Source of the DNA: the human T2T-CHM13v2.0 reference genome, Homo sapiens
DNA length: 64,000 bases
Direction of reading: 5' to 3'
Assembly (NCBI GenBank): GCA_009914755.4
Contig: CP068257.2
Location: forward strand, 1,120,001-1,184,000
Shown: positions 51,301 to 64,000 of the stretch, one piece after another
Layout: each line of letters opens with the position of its first letter
Numbering within the stretch: position 1 is the stretch's first letter
Program-made: the position numbers and the translations under genes
Notes under the pieces: generated by a model
What the model saw: the letters and a program-made list of their open reading frames with translations, nothing else
Told to the model about the DNA's origin: nothing
Databases searched by the model: none

Positions 51301-54300
51301 AATGGAATGGAATGGAATGGAATGGAATCAACACGAATGGAATGGAACGGAATGGAATGGGATGGGATGGAATGGAATGGAATGGAATGGAAGTTAATCA
51401 ACACGAATGGAATGGAACGGAATGGAATGAAATGGAATGGAATGGAATGAACCCGAATGGAATGGAATGGATTGGAATGGAATGGAATGGAATCAACCCG
51501 AGCGGAAAGGAATGGAATGGAATGGAGTGGAACGGAATGGAATGGAATGGAATGCAAGTTAATCAACACGAATGGAATGGAACGGAATGGAATAGAATGG
51601 AATGTAATGGAATGAAATGGAAAGGAACGGAATGGAATCAACACGAGTGGAATGGAATGGAACGGAATGGAATCAACAAGAGTGGAATGAAATGGAATGT
51701 AATGCAATGGGATGGAGTGGAATCAACACGAGTGGAATAGAATGGAATGGAACGGAATGAAATGGAATGGATCGGATTGGAATCCAGTGGAGTCAACTGG
51801 AATGGAATGGAATGGAATGGAATGGAATGGAATGGAAAGGAATGGAATGGAATAAATCCGGGTGGAGTGGAATGGAAAGTAATGGAGTGGAATGGAATGG
51901 AATTTAGTGGAATGGAATGGAATGGAATGGAATGGAGTCAACACGAGTGGATTGGAACAGAATGGAATGGAAAGGAATGGAATGGAATGGAATGGAATCA
52001 ACCTGAATGGGATGGCATGGAATGGAATTGAATGGAATTGAATGGAATGGAATGGAATGGAATGGAATCAACCCAAGTGCAATGGAATGGAATAGAATGC
52101 AATGGAATCCACTCGAGTGGAATGGAATGGAATGGAATGGAGTCGAATGGAACGGAATGTAGTGGAATGGAGTAAACACCAGGGGAATGAAATGGATTGG
52201 AATGAAATGATATGGAATGGAATGGAATGGAATGAAATCAACCCGAATGGAATGGAACGGAATGGAATGGAATGGAATGGAAAGGAATGAATGGAACGGA
52301 ATGGTGTGGAATCAACACGAGAGGAATGGAATTGAATGGAATGGAATGGAACGGAATGGAAAGGAATGGAAAGGAATGAACCCGAATGGAATGGAATGGA
52401 ATGGAATGGAATGGAATGGAATGGAATGGAATGGAATGGAATGGAATCAACCCGAGCGGAAAGGAATGGATTGGAATGGAGTGGAATGGAATCTAATGTA
52501 ATGTAATGGAATGGAATGGAATCAACACAAATGGAATGGAACGGAATGGAATGGGATGGGATGGAATGGAATGGAATGGAATTTAATCAACACGAATGGA
52601 ATGGAACGGAATGAAATGGAACGGAATGGAATGGAAAGGAATGGCATGGAATGGAATGGAATGAAATGGAAACAAGCGGCATGGAATCAACACGACTGGA
52701 ATGGAATGGAATGTAATGCAATGGGATTGAGTGGAATCAACCAGTGTGGAATGGAATGGAATGGAATGGAATGGAATGGAATGAAATGGAATGGATCGGA
52801 ATGTAATCCAATGGAATCAACTGGAATGTAATCTAATGGAATGGAATCGAATGGAATGAAATGGAATGTATCGGAATGTAATCCAATGGAATCAACTGTA
52901 ATGTAATGTAATGTAATGGAATGGAATGGAATAAACCCGGGTGGAGTGGAATGGAATGTAATGGAGTGGAATGTAATGGAAGTTATTGGAATGGAATGGA
53001 ATGGAATGGAATAGACTGGATCAGAATGGAATCCAATGGAATCAACTGGAATGGAATGGAACGGAATGGAATGGAATAAATCCGGGTGGAGTAGAATGGA
53101 ATGTAATGGAGTGGAATGGAATGGAATTTAGTGGAATGGAATGGAATGGAATGGAATGGAATGGAATGGAATAAATCCGGGTGGAGTGGAATGGAATGTA
53201 ATGGAATGGAAAGGAATGGAATTTAGTGGAATGGAATGGAATGGAATTTAATGGAATGGAATGGAATCAATCCGAGGGCATGGAACGGAATGGAATGGAA
53301 AGGAATGTAACGTAATGGAATGGAATGGAATGGAATGGAATGGAATGGAATCAACCCGAATGGGATGGCATGGAATGGAATTGAATGGAATAGAATGGAA
53401 TGGAATGGAACGGAATGGAGTCAACCCAAGTGCAATGGAATGGAATGGAGTGCAATGGAAAAGAATGGAATGCAATGGAATCCACCCGAGTGGAATGGAA
53501 TGGAATGGAATGGAATGGAATGGAATGGAATGGAATGGAATGGAAAGGAATGGAGTGGAATGGAACGGAATGGAATATAATGGAATCAACACGAATGGAA
53601 TGGAACGGAATGGAATGGAATGGAATGGAATGGAATGGAATGGAATGAACCCGAATGGAATGTAATGGAATGGAATGGAATAGAATGGAATCAACGTGAG
53701 CGGAAAGGAATGGAATGGAATTGAGTGGAATGGAATGGAATGGAATGGAATGGAATGGAATCAACACGAATGGAATGGAACGGAATGGAATGGGATGGGA
53801 TGGAATGGAATGGAATGGAAGTTAATCAACACGAATGGAATGGAACGGAATGGAATGGAATGGAATGGAATGGAATGAAATGGAAAGGAAAAGAATGGAA
53901 TCAACACGAGTGGAATGGAATGGAACGGAATGTAATCAACCCGAGTGGAATGAAATGGAATGTAATTCAAAGGGATGGAGTGGAATCAACCCGAGTGGAA
54001 TGGAATGGAATGGAATGGAATGGAATGGAATGGAATCAAACCAAGTGCAATGGAATGGAATGGAATGCAATGGAATCCACCCGAGTGGAATGGAATGGAA
54101 TGGAACGGAATGGAATGGATTGGAATGGAATGGAATGGAATGGAATGGAATGGAATGAAATAAACCCGAGTGGAATGCAACGGAATGGAATGGAATGGAA
54201 AGTAATGAATGTAATGGAATGAGGTGGAATCAACATCAGAGGAATGGAATGGAACGGAATGGAACAGAATGGAATGGAAAGGAATGGAATGGAATGAACC

Positions 54301-57300
54301 CGAATGGAATGGAATGGAATGGAATGGAATAGAATGGAATCAACCCGAGCGGAAAGGAATGTAATGGAATGGAGTGGAATGTAATGTAATGTAAAGGAAT
54401 GGAATGAAATAGAATCAACACGAATGGAATGGAACGCAATGGAATGGGATGGGATGGAATGGAATGGAATGGAAGTTAATCAACACGAACGGAATGGAAC
54501 GGAATGGAATGGAATGGAGTGGAAAGGAACGGAATGGAGTGGAATGCAATAAACACCAGGGGAATGAAATGGATTAGAATGAAATGGAATGGAATGGAAT
54601 GGAATCAACCCGAATGGGATGGCATGGAACGGAATTGAATGGAACGGAATGGAATGGACTGTAATGGAAAGGAATGGAATGGAATCAAACCAAGTGCAAT
54701 GGAATGGAATGGAATGCAATGGAATCCACCCGAGTGGAATGGAATGGAATGGAATGGAATGGAATGGAATGGAATGGAATGGAATGGAAGGGAGTGGAAT
54801 GGAACGGAATGGAGTGGAATGCAATAAACACCAGGGGAATGAAATGGATAGGAAAGAAATGGAATTGGAATGGAATGGAATGGAATGAAATCAACCCGAG
54901 TGAAATGCAAAGGAATGGAATGGAATGGAAAGGAATGAATGTAATGGAATGAGGTGGAATCAACACGAGAGGAATGGAATGGAATGGAATGGAAAGGAAC
55001 GGAATGGAAAGGAATGGAATGGAATGATCCCGAATGGAATGGAATGGATTGGAATGGAATGGAATGGAATCAACCCGAGCGGAAAGGAATGGAAAGGAAT
55101 GGAATGGAATGGAATGGAATGGAATGGAATGGATTGGAATTGAATGGAATGGAATCAACCCGAGCGGAAAGGAATGGAATGGAATGGAACGGAATGAAAA
55201 GGATTGGAGCGGAATGGAATCCAATGGAATAAACTGGAATGGAATGGAATAGAATGGAATGAAACAAATCCGGGTGGAGTGGAATGGAATGTAATGGAGT
55301 GGAATGTAACGGAATTTAGTGGAATGGAATGGAATGGAATGGAATGGAATGGAATGAAATGGATTTGATCGGAATGCAATCCAATGGAATCAACTGGAAA
55401 GGAATGGAATGGAATGGAATGGAATAAATACGGGTGGAGTGGAATGGAATGTAATGGAGTGGAATGGAATGGAATTTAGTGGAATGGAATGGAATGGAAT
55501 GGAATGGAATGGAATGGAACGAAATGGATTGGATCGGAATATAATCCAATGGAATAAACTGGAATGGAATGGAATGGAATGGAATGGAATGAAATGCAGT
55601 GGATTGGAATGGAATCAAATGGAATCAACTGGAATGGAATGGAATGGAATGGAATGGAATAAATCCGGGTGGAGTGGAATGGAATGTAATGCAGTGGAAT
55701 GTAACGGAATTTAGTGGAATGGAATGGAAAGGAATGGAATGGAATGGAATGGAATGGAATGGAATGAAATGGATTCGATCGGAATGGAATCCAATGGAAT
55801 CAACTGGAATGGAATGGAATGCAATGGAATGGAATGGAATAAATCCGGGTGGAGTGGAATGGAATGTAACGGAGTGGAATGGAATGGAATTTAGTGGAAT
55901 GGAATGGAATGGAATGGATTGGAATGGAATTAACCCGAGTGGAATGGAACGGAATGGAATGGAAAGGAATGGAATGGAATGGAATGGAATGGAATGGAAT
56001 GGAATGGAATCAACCTGAATGGGATGGCATGGAATGGTATTGAATGCAATGGAATGGAATGGAATGGAATGGAATGGAATCAAACCAATTGCAATGGAAT
56101 GGAATGGAATGCAATGGAATCCACTCGATTGGAATGGAATGGAATGGAATGGAATGGAATGGAATGGAATGGAATGGAGTGGAATGGAATAAACACCAGA
56201 GGAATGAAATGGATTGGAATGAAATGGAATGGAATGGAATGGAATGAAATCAACCCGAGTGGAATGGAACGGAATGGAATGGAATGGAAAGGAATGAATG
56301 GAATGGAATTGTGGGGAATCAACACGAGAGTAATGGAATGGAATGGAACAGAATGGAAAGAATGGAATGGAATGAACCCGAATGGAATGGAATGGATTGG
56401 AATGGAATGGAATGGAATCAACCTGAGAGGAAAGGAATGGAATGGAATGGAGAGGAATGGAATGTAATGGAATGAAATGGAAAGGAATGGAATCAACACG
56501 AATGGAATGGAACGGAATGGAATGGGATGGGATGGAATGGAATGGAATGGAAGTTAATCAACACGAATGGAATGGAATGGAATGGAATGGAATGGAATGG
56601 AATGAAATGGAAAGGAACAGAATGGAATCAACACGAGTGGAATGGAATGGAACGGAATGGAATCAACCCGAGTGGAATGAAATGGAATGTAATGCAATGG
56701 GATGGAGTGGAATCAACCCGAGTGGAATGGAATCGAATGGAATGGAATGGAACGGAATGGAAAGAAATGGAATGTATCGGAATGGAATCCAATGGAATCA
56801 ACTGGAATGGAATGGAATGGAATGGAATGGAATGGAATGGAATGGAATAAATCCGGGTGGAGTGGAATGGAATGTAATGGAGTGCAATATTACGGAATTT
56901 AGTGGAATGGAATGGAATGGAATGGAATGGAATGGAATCGAATGGAATGAAATGGAATGGATCGGAATGGAATCCAAAGGAAACAACTGGAGTGGAATGG
57001 AATGGAATGGAATGGAATGGAATGGAATAAAACCGGGTGGAGTGGAATGGAATGTAATGGAGTGGAATGGAATGGAATTTAGTTTAATGGAATGGAATGG
57101 AATGGAATGGAATGGAATGGAATGGAATGAAATGGAATGGAATCAACCCGAATGGAATGGAACGGAATGGAATGGAAAGGAATGGAATGGAATGGAATGG
57201 AATGGAATAGAATGGAATGGAATGGAATTGAATGGAATGGAATGGAATCAACCAAATTGCAATGGAATGCAATGGAATGCAACGGAATCCACCCGAGTTG

Positions 57301-60300
57301 AATGGAATGGAATGGAATGGAATATAATGGAATGGAATGGAAAGGAATGGAATGGAACGGAATGGAATGGAATGGAGTGGAATGGAACTGAATGGAGTGG
57401 AATGGAATAAACACCAAGAGAATGAAATGGATTGGAATGAAATGGAATGGAATGGAATGGAATGGAATGAATTCAACCCGAGTGGAATGGAACGGAATGG
57501 AATGGAATGGAAACGAATGAATGGAAGGGAATGGTGTGGAATCAACACGAGAGGAATGGAATGGAATGGAATGGAAAGGAACGGAATGGAAAGGAATGGA
57601 ATGGAATGAACCCGAATGGAATGGAATGGATTGGAATGGAATGGAATGGAATCAACCCGAGCATAAAGGAATGGAACGGAAAGGAGTGGAATGGAATGGA
57701 TTGGAATGGAATGGAATCAACACGAATGGAATGGAGCGGAATGGACTGGGATGGGATGGAATCGAATGGAAAGGAATGGAATCAACACGAATGGAATGGA
57801 GCGGAATGGAATGGGATGGGATGGAATCGAATGGAATGGAATGGAATGGAATGGAATGGAATCAACATGAATGGAATGGAACGTAATGGAATGGAATGGA
57901 ATGGAAAGGAATGGAATGGAATGAACCCGAAGAGAATGGAATGGATTGGAATGGAATGGAATGGAATCAACCCGAGCGGAAAGGAATAGAATGGAATGGA
58001 GTGGAATGTAATGTAATGTAATGGAATGGAATGGAATGGAATGGAATCAACACGAATGGAATGGAACGGCATGGAATGGGATGGGATAGAATGGAATGGA
58101 ATGGAAGTTAATCAACACGAATGGAATGCAACAGAATGGAATGGAATGGAATGGAATGGAATGAACACGAATGGAATGGAATGGATTGGAATGGAATGGA
58201 ATGGAATCAACCCTAGTGGAAAGGAATGGAATGGAATGGAGTGGAATGTAATGTAATGTAATGGAATGGAATGGAATGGAATCAACACGAATGGAATGGA
58301 GCGGAATGGAATGGGATGGGATGGAATGGAATGGAATGGAATGGAATGGAATGGAATGGAATGGAATGGAATCAACATGAACGGAATGGAACGTAATGGA
58401 TTGGAACGGAACGGAATGGAATGGAATGGAATGGAATGGAATGGAATGAAATGGAAAGGAACGGAATGGAATCAACACGAGTGGAAAGGAATGGATAGGA
58501 ATGGAATCAACCCGAGTGGAATGAAATGGAATGTAATGCAATGGGATGGAGTGGAATCAACCCGAGTGGAATGTAATGGAATGGAATGGAATGGAACGAA
58601 ATGGAATGGATCGGAATGTAATCCAATGGAATCAACTGGAATGGAATGGAATGGAATGGAATGGAATGGAATGGAATAAATCCCGGTGGAGTGGAATGGG
58701 ATGTAAAGGAGTGGAATGTAATGGAATTTAGTGGAATGGAATGGAATGGAATGGAATGGAATGAAATGGATTGGATCGGATTGGAATCCAATGGAATCAA
58801 CTAGAATGGAATGGAATGGAATGGAATAAATCCGGGTGGAGTGGAATGGAATGGATTTTACTGGAATGGAATGGAATGGAATGGAATGGAATGGAATCAA
58901 CCCGAAAGGAATGGAACGGAAAGGAATGGAAAGGAATGGAATGGAATGGAATGGAATGGAAAGGAATGGAATGGAATGGAATGGAATCAACCCGAATGGG
59001 ATGGCATGGAATGGAACTGAATGGAATAGAATGGAATGGAATGGAATGGAATGGAATCAACCCAAGTGCAATGGAATGGAATGGAATGCAATGGAATCCA
59101 CCCGAGTGGAATGGAATGGAATGGAATGGAATGGAATGGAGTGGAATGGAACGGAATAGAATGGAATGCAAGAAACACCAGGGGAATAAAATGGATTGGA
59201 ATGAAATGGAATGGAATGGAATGGAATAGAATGAAATCCACCCAAGTGGAATGGAACGGAATGGAATGGAATTGAAAGGAATGAATGGTATGGAATGGTG
59301 TGGAATCAACACGAGAGGAATGGAATGGAATGGAATGCAACGGAACGGAATGGAAAGGAATGGAATGGAATGAACCCGAATGGAATGGAATGGATTGGAA
59401 TGGAATGGAATGGAATCAACCCGAGCGGAAAGGAATGGAATGGAATGGAGTGGAATGTAATGTAATTGAATGGAATGGAATGGAATGGAATGGAATCAAC
59501 ACAAATGGAATGGAACGGGATGGAATGGGATGGGATGGAATGATATGGAATGGAAGTTAATCAACACGAATGGAATGGAACGGAATGGAATGGAATGGAA
59601 AGGAATGGAATGGAATGGAATGGAATGGAACGGAATGGAATGGAATGAAATGGAATGGATCGGAATGGAATCCAATGGAATCAACTGGAATGGAATGGAA
59701 TGGAATGGAATGCAATTGAATGGAATAAATCTGGGTGCAGTGGAATGGAATGGAACGGAGTGGAATGTAATGGAATTTAGTGGAATGGAATGGAATGGAA
59801 TGGAATGGAATGGAATGGAATGAAATGGATTGGATCGGAAAGGAATCCAATGGAATCAACTGGAATGGAATGGCATGGAATGGAATGGAATGGAATGGAA
59901 TGGAATAAATCCGGGTGGAGTGGAATGGAATGTAATGGAGTGGAATGGAATGGAATTTAGTGGAATGGAATGGAATGGAAAGGAATGGAATGGAATGGAA
60001 TGGAATGGAATGGAATCAACCCGAATGGGATGGCATGGAATGGAATTGAATGGAATGGAATGGAATGGAATGGAATGGAATGGACTCAACCCAAGTGCAA
60101 TGGAATGGAATGGAATGCAATGGAATCCACCCGAGTGGAATGGAATGGAATGGAATGGAATGGAATGGAATGGAATGGAATGGAATCGAATGGAATAGAA
60201 TGGAGTGGAATGGAACGGAATGGAGTGGAATGCAATAAACAACAGGGGAATGAAATGGATTGGAATGAAATGGAATGGAATGGAATGGAATGGAATGGAA

Positions 60301-63300
60301 TGGAATGGAATGAAATCAACTCGAGTTGAATGGAACGGAATGGAAGGGAATGGAAAGGAATGAATGGAATGGAATGGTGTGGCATCAACACGAGAGGCAT
60401 GGAATGGAATGGAATGGAACAGAACGGAATGGAAAGGAATGGAATGGAATGAACCCGAAGGGAATGCAATGGATTGGAATGGAATGGAATGCAATCAACC
60501 TGAGTGGAAAGGAATGGAATGGAATGGAGTGGAATGGAATGTAACGGAATGGAACGGAATGGAATGCAATGGAATCAACTGGAATGGAATGGAATGGAAT
60601 GGAATGGAATGGAATAAATCCGGGTGGAGTGGAATGGAATGTAATGGAGTGGAATGGAATGGAATTTAGTGGAGTGGAATGGAATGGAATGCAATCAACC
60701 CGAATGGAATGGAATGGAATGGAATGGAATGGAATGGAATGGAATCAACCCGAAAGGAATGGAATGGAATGGAATGGAATGGAATGGAATGGAATGGAAT
60801 CAACCCGAATTTGATGGCATGTAATGGAATTGAATGGAATGGAATGGAATGGAATGGAATGGAATGGAATGGAATGGAATCAACCCAAGTGCAATGGAAT
60901 GGAAGGGAATGCAATGGAATCCACACGAGTGGAATGGAATGGAATGGAATAGAATGGAATGGAATGGAATGGAATGGAATCGAATGGAATGGAATGGAGT
61001 GGAATGGAACGGAATGGAGTGGAATGCAATAAACGTCAGGAGAATGAAATGGATTGGAATGAAATGGAATGGAATGGAATGGAATGAAATCAACCCGAGT
61101 TGAATGGAACGGAATGGAATGGAATGAAAAGGAATGAATGGAATGGAATGGTGTGGAATCAACACGAGAGGAATTAAATGGAATGGAATGGAACGGAACG
61201 GAATTCAAACGAATGGAATGGAATGAACCCGAGTGGAATGGAATGGATTGGAATGGAATGGAATGGAATCAACACAAGCGGAAACTAATGGAATGGAATG
61301 GAGTGGAATGGAATGGAATGGAATTGAATGGAATCAACACGAATGGAATGGAACGGAATGGAATGGGTTGGGATGGAATGGAATGGAATGGAAGTTAATC
61401 AACACGAATGGAATGGAACGGAATGGAATGGAATGGAATGGAATGGAATGAAATGGAAAGGAACGGAATGGAATCAACACGAGTGGAATGGAGTGGAACG
61501 GAATGGAATCAACCCGAGTGGAATGAAATGAAATGTAATGTAATGGGATTGAGTGGAATCAACCCGAGTGGAACGGAATGGAACGGAATGGAATGGAATG
61601 GAATGAAATGGAACGGATCGGAATGGAATCCAATGGAATCAATTGGAATGGAATGGAATGGAATGGAAAGGAATGGAATAAATCCGGGTGGAGTGGAATG
61701 GAATGCAATGGAGTGGAACGTAATGGAATTTAGTGGAATGGAATGGAATGGAATGGAATGGAATGGAATGGAATAAGTCCGGGTAGAGAGGAATGGAATG
61801 TAACGGAGTGGAATGGAATGGAATTTAGGGGAATGGAATGGAATGGAATATAATGGAATGGAATGGAATGGAATGGAATGAAATCAAACCGAATGGAATG
61901 GAATGGAATGGAATGGAATGGAATGGAATCAACCTGAATGGGATGGCATGGAATGGAATTGAATGGAATGGAATTAACCCAAGTGCAATGGAATGGAATG
62001 AAATGCAATGGAATCCACCCGAGTGGAATGCAATGGAATGGAATGGAATGGAATGGAATGGAATGGAATGGAATGGAATGGAGTGGAATGGAACGGAATG
62101 GAGTGGAATGGAATAAACACCAGGGGAATGAAATGGATTGGAATGAAATGTAATGGAATTTAATGGAATGCAATGAAATCAACCCGAGTGGAATGGAACG
62201 GAATGGTATGGAATGGAAAGGATTGAATGGAATGGAAGGGTGTGGAATCAACACGAGAGGAATGGAATGGAATGGAACGGAACGGAATGGAAAGGAATGG
62301 AATGGAATGAACCCGAATGGAATGGAATGGATTGGAATGGAATGGAATGGAAATAACCCGATCGGAAAGGAATGGAATGCAATGGAGTGGAATGGAATGT
62401 AGTGGAATGGAATGGAATGGAATGGAATCAACACGAATGGAATGGAACGGAATGGAATGGGATGGGATGGAATGGAATGGAATGAAATGGATTGGATGGG
62501 AATGGAATCCAATGGAATCAACTGGAATGGAATGGAATGGAATGGAATGGAATGGAATGCAATAATTCCGGGTGGAGTGGAATGGAATGTAATGGAGTGG
62601 AATGGAATGGAATTTAGTGGAATGGAATGGAATGGAATGGAATGGAATGGAATGGAATGGAATCAACCCGAATGGAATGGAACGGAATGGAATGGAATGG
62701 AATGGAATGGAATGGAATGGAATCAACACGAATGACATGGCATAGAATGCAATGGAACGGAATGGAATGGAATCAACCCGAATGGAATGGAAGGAAAGGG
62801 AATGGAAATGAATGGAATGGAATGGAATGGAATGGAATGGAATGGAATGGAATGGAATGGAATCAACCCAAATGGGATGGCATGGAATGGAATTGAATGG
62901 AATGGAATGGAATGGAATGGAATGGAATCAACCCAGTGCAATGGAATGGAATGGAATGCAATGGAATCCACCCGAGTGGAATGGAATGGAATGGAATGGA
63001 ATAGAATGGAATGGAATGGAATGGAATGGAATGGAATGGAATGGAATGGAGTGGAATGGAACGGAATGGAGTGGAATGGAATAAACACCAGGGGAATGAA
63101 ATGGATTGGAATGAAATGGAATGGAATGGAGTGGAATGGAATGAAATAAACCCGAGTGGAATGGAACGGAATGGAATGGAATGGAAAGGAATGAATGGAA
63201 TGGAATGGTGTGGAATCAACACGAGAGGAATGGAATGCAATGGAATGGAACGGAACGGAATGGAAAGGAATGGAATGGAATGAACCCGAAAGGAGTGAAA

Positions 63301-64000
63301 CGGATTGTAATGGAATGGAATAGAATCAACCCGAGCGGAAAGGAATGGAATGGAATGTAGTGGAATGTAATGTAATGTAATGGAATGGAATGGAATGGAA
63401 TCAACACGAATGGAATGGAACGGAATGGAATGGGATGGGATGGAATGGAATGGAATGCAAGTTAATCAACACGAATGGAATGGAACGGAATGGAATGGAA
63501 TGAAAAAGAAAGGAACAGAATGGAATCAATAAGAGTGGAATGGAATGGATCGGAGTGGAATAAACTCGATTGGAATGAAATGGAATGTAATGCAATGGGA
63601 TGGAGCAGAATCAACCCGAGTGAAATGGAATGGAATGGAATGGAAGGAATTGAATGGAATGGAATGGAATGAAATGGAATGGAATGGATCGGAGTGGAAT
63701 CTAATGGAATCAACCGGAATGGAATGGAATGCAATGGAATGAAATGGAATGGAATGCAATGGAATGGAATGGAAAGGAATAAATCCGGGTGGAGTGGAAT
63801 GGAAAGTAATGGAGTGGAATGTAATGGAATTTAGTGGAATGGAATGGAATGGAATGGAATGGAATGAAATCTATTGGATCGGAATGGAATCCAATGGAAT
63901 AAACTGGAATGGAATGGAATGGCATGGAATGGAATGGAATGGAATGGAATGGAATAAATCCGGGTGGAGTGGAATGGAATGTAATAGAGTGGAATGGAAT

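Larger units (their letters stand above)
1..64000. repeat. Human Satellite III (HSat3) pericentromeric satellite array: (GGAAT)n/(ATTCC)n pentamers with interspersed CAACCCGA(G/A)T and CAACACGAAT 10-mers. The G-rich (GGAAT) strand is the + strand for the whole window.
   Basis: Direct reading: the sequence is >90% tggaa/ggaat pentamers. The motifs 'caacccgagtggaatgg', 'caacccgaatgg' and 'caacacgaatggaatgg' recur every ~50-150 bp. No strand switch: all + ORFs read MEWNG..., all - ORFs read IPFHS.... No non-satellite stretch longer than ~40 bp. Family assignment rests on established knowledge that HSat3 = (CATTC)n plus A(T/C)TCGGGTTG. Confidence 0.95.
43436..64000. repeat. Diverged HSat3 flank in the same orientation, outside the homogenised 21.6-kb HOR. 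It contains shuffled, lower-identity paralogues of HOR segments and local short tandem repeats.
   Basis: Landmarks expected at +43.19 kb are absent, e.g. there is no 'gaagatacccgaatgg' block near 43.8 kb. Paralogues of HOR 12.9-13.8 kb recur at 43.7-44.2 kb and 58.3-59.3 kb at lower identity. Shared markers are 'gcaagaaacaccaggggaataaaatg' (13,685; 44,160; 59,170) and 'gattttactgg' (13,317; 20,490; 58,855). Confidence 0.75.

Noticed and set aside
1-64000. Hundreds of ORFs on both strands (up to 500 aa, e.g. 30129..31631 +, 23403..24626 -, 12965..13951 -) that could be read as genes or a novel protein system.
   Set aside because: All are low-complexity translations of the pentamer: GGAATGG... 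gives MEWNG(M/I/K/E)... and ATTCC... gives IPFHS.... The pentamer has no stop codon in any frame, so ORF length only reflects local repeat purity. ATG starts are just the ATG inside GGAATGG. There are no RBS, promoter or Kozak signals and no domain-like composition. Copy 1 and copy 2 ORFs differ by frameshifts from single-pentamer indels, so they are under no coding constraint.
1-64000. CRISPR array (highly regular short repeats).
   Set aside because: The repeats are 5-bp units with no unique spacers of 25-40 bp and no 25-50-bp direct repeat. The sequence is eukaryotic satellite. The ~150-bp sub-blocks are repeats of each other, not spacer/repeat alternation.
1-64000. Alpha satellite, HSat2, or telomeric/subtelomeric repeat.
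   Set aside because: No 171-bp AT-rich monomers and no CENP-B box. No TTAGGG. HSat2 is a more degenerate 23/26-mer rich in CATTCGATTCCATTCGATGAT with frequent TCGA. Here clean GGAAT runs plus the CAACCCGA(G/A)T 10-mer dominate, which is the HSat3 signature.

Overview
The whole 64-kb window is tandem satellite DNA, not a gene region. It is human (or hominoid) Satellite III (HSat3): essentially pure (GGAAT)n on the + strand, (ATTCC)n on the - strand. The pentamer tracts are punctuated every ~50-150 bp by the diagnostic 10-mers CAACCCGAGT, CAACCCGAAT and CAACACGAAT. Orientation is uniform throughout, and there are no transposon insertions, no RNA genes, no CRISPR array and no credible protein-coding region.

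Every ORF in the supplied track is a translation artifact of the pentamer. GGAATGGAATGG reads MEWNG on the + strand and ATTCCATTCC reads IPFHS on the - strand. Neither contains a stop codon in any frame, so ORF length only reports how pure the repeat is locally.

The interesting structure is organisational:
- Positions 1-43,435 hold two tandem copies of a ~21.6-kb higher-order repeat (HOR), plus ~245 bp of a third period. The copies look >=99% identical, with hundreds of consecutive codons translating identically. Almost all differences are gains or losses of whole 5-bp units.
- The 21.6-kb unit is itself made of older, more diverged internal paralogues offset by ~6.1-7.2 kb.
- Below that it consists of ~13-14 irregular 1.1-2.9-kb sub-units. 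Each has a fixed order of landmark blocks followed by a variable number of ~150-165-bp CCGG-containing sub-blocks.
- The 21.6-kb periodicity stops abruptly at ~43,435. The remaining 20.5 kb is related but diverged HSat3 with its own local 1.0-1.8-kb tandem repeats and shuffled paralogues of HOR segments.

No undescribed biological system (defence, metabolic or otherwise) is encoded here. The value of the window lies in satellite array architecture and its mutational record.
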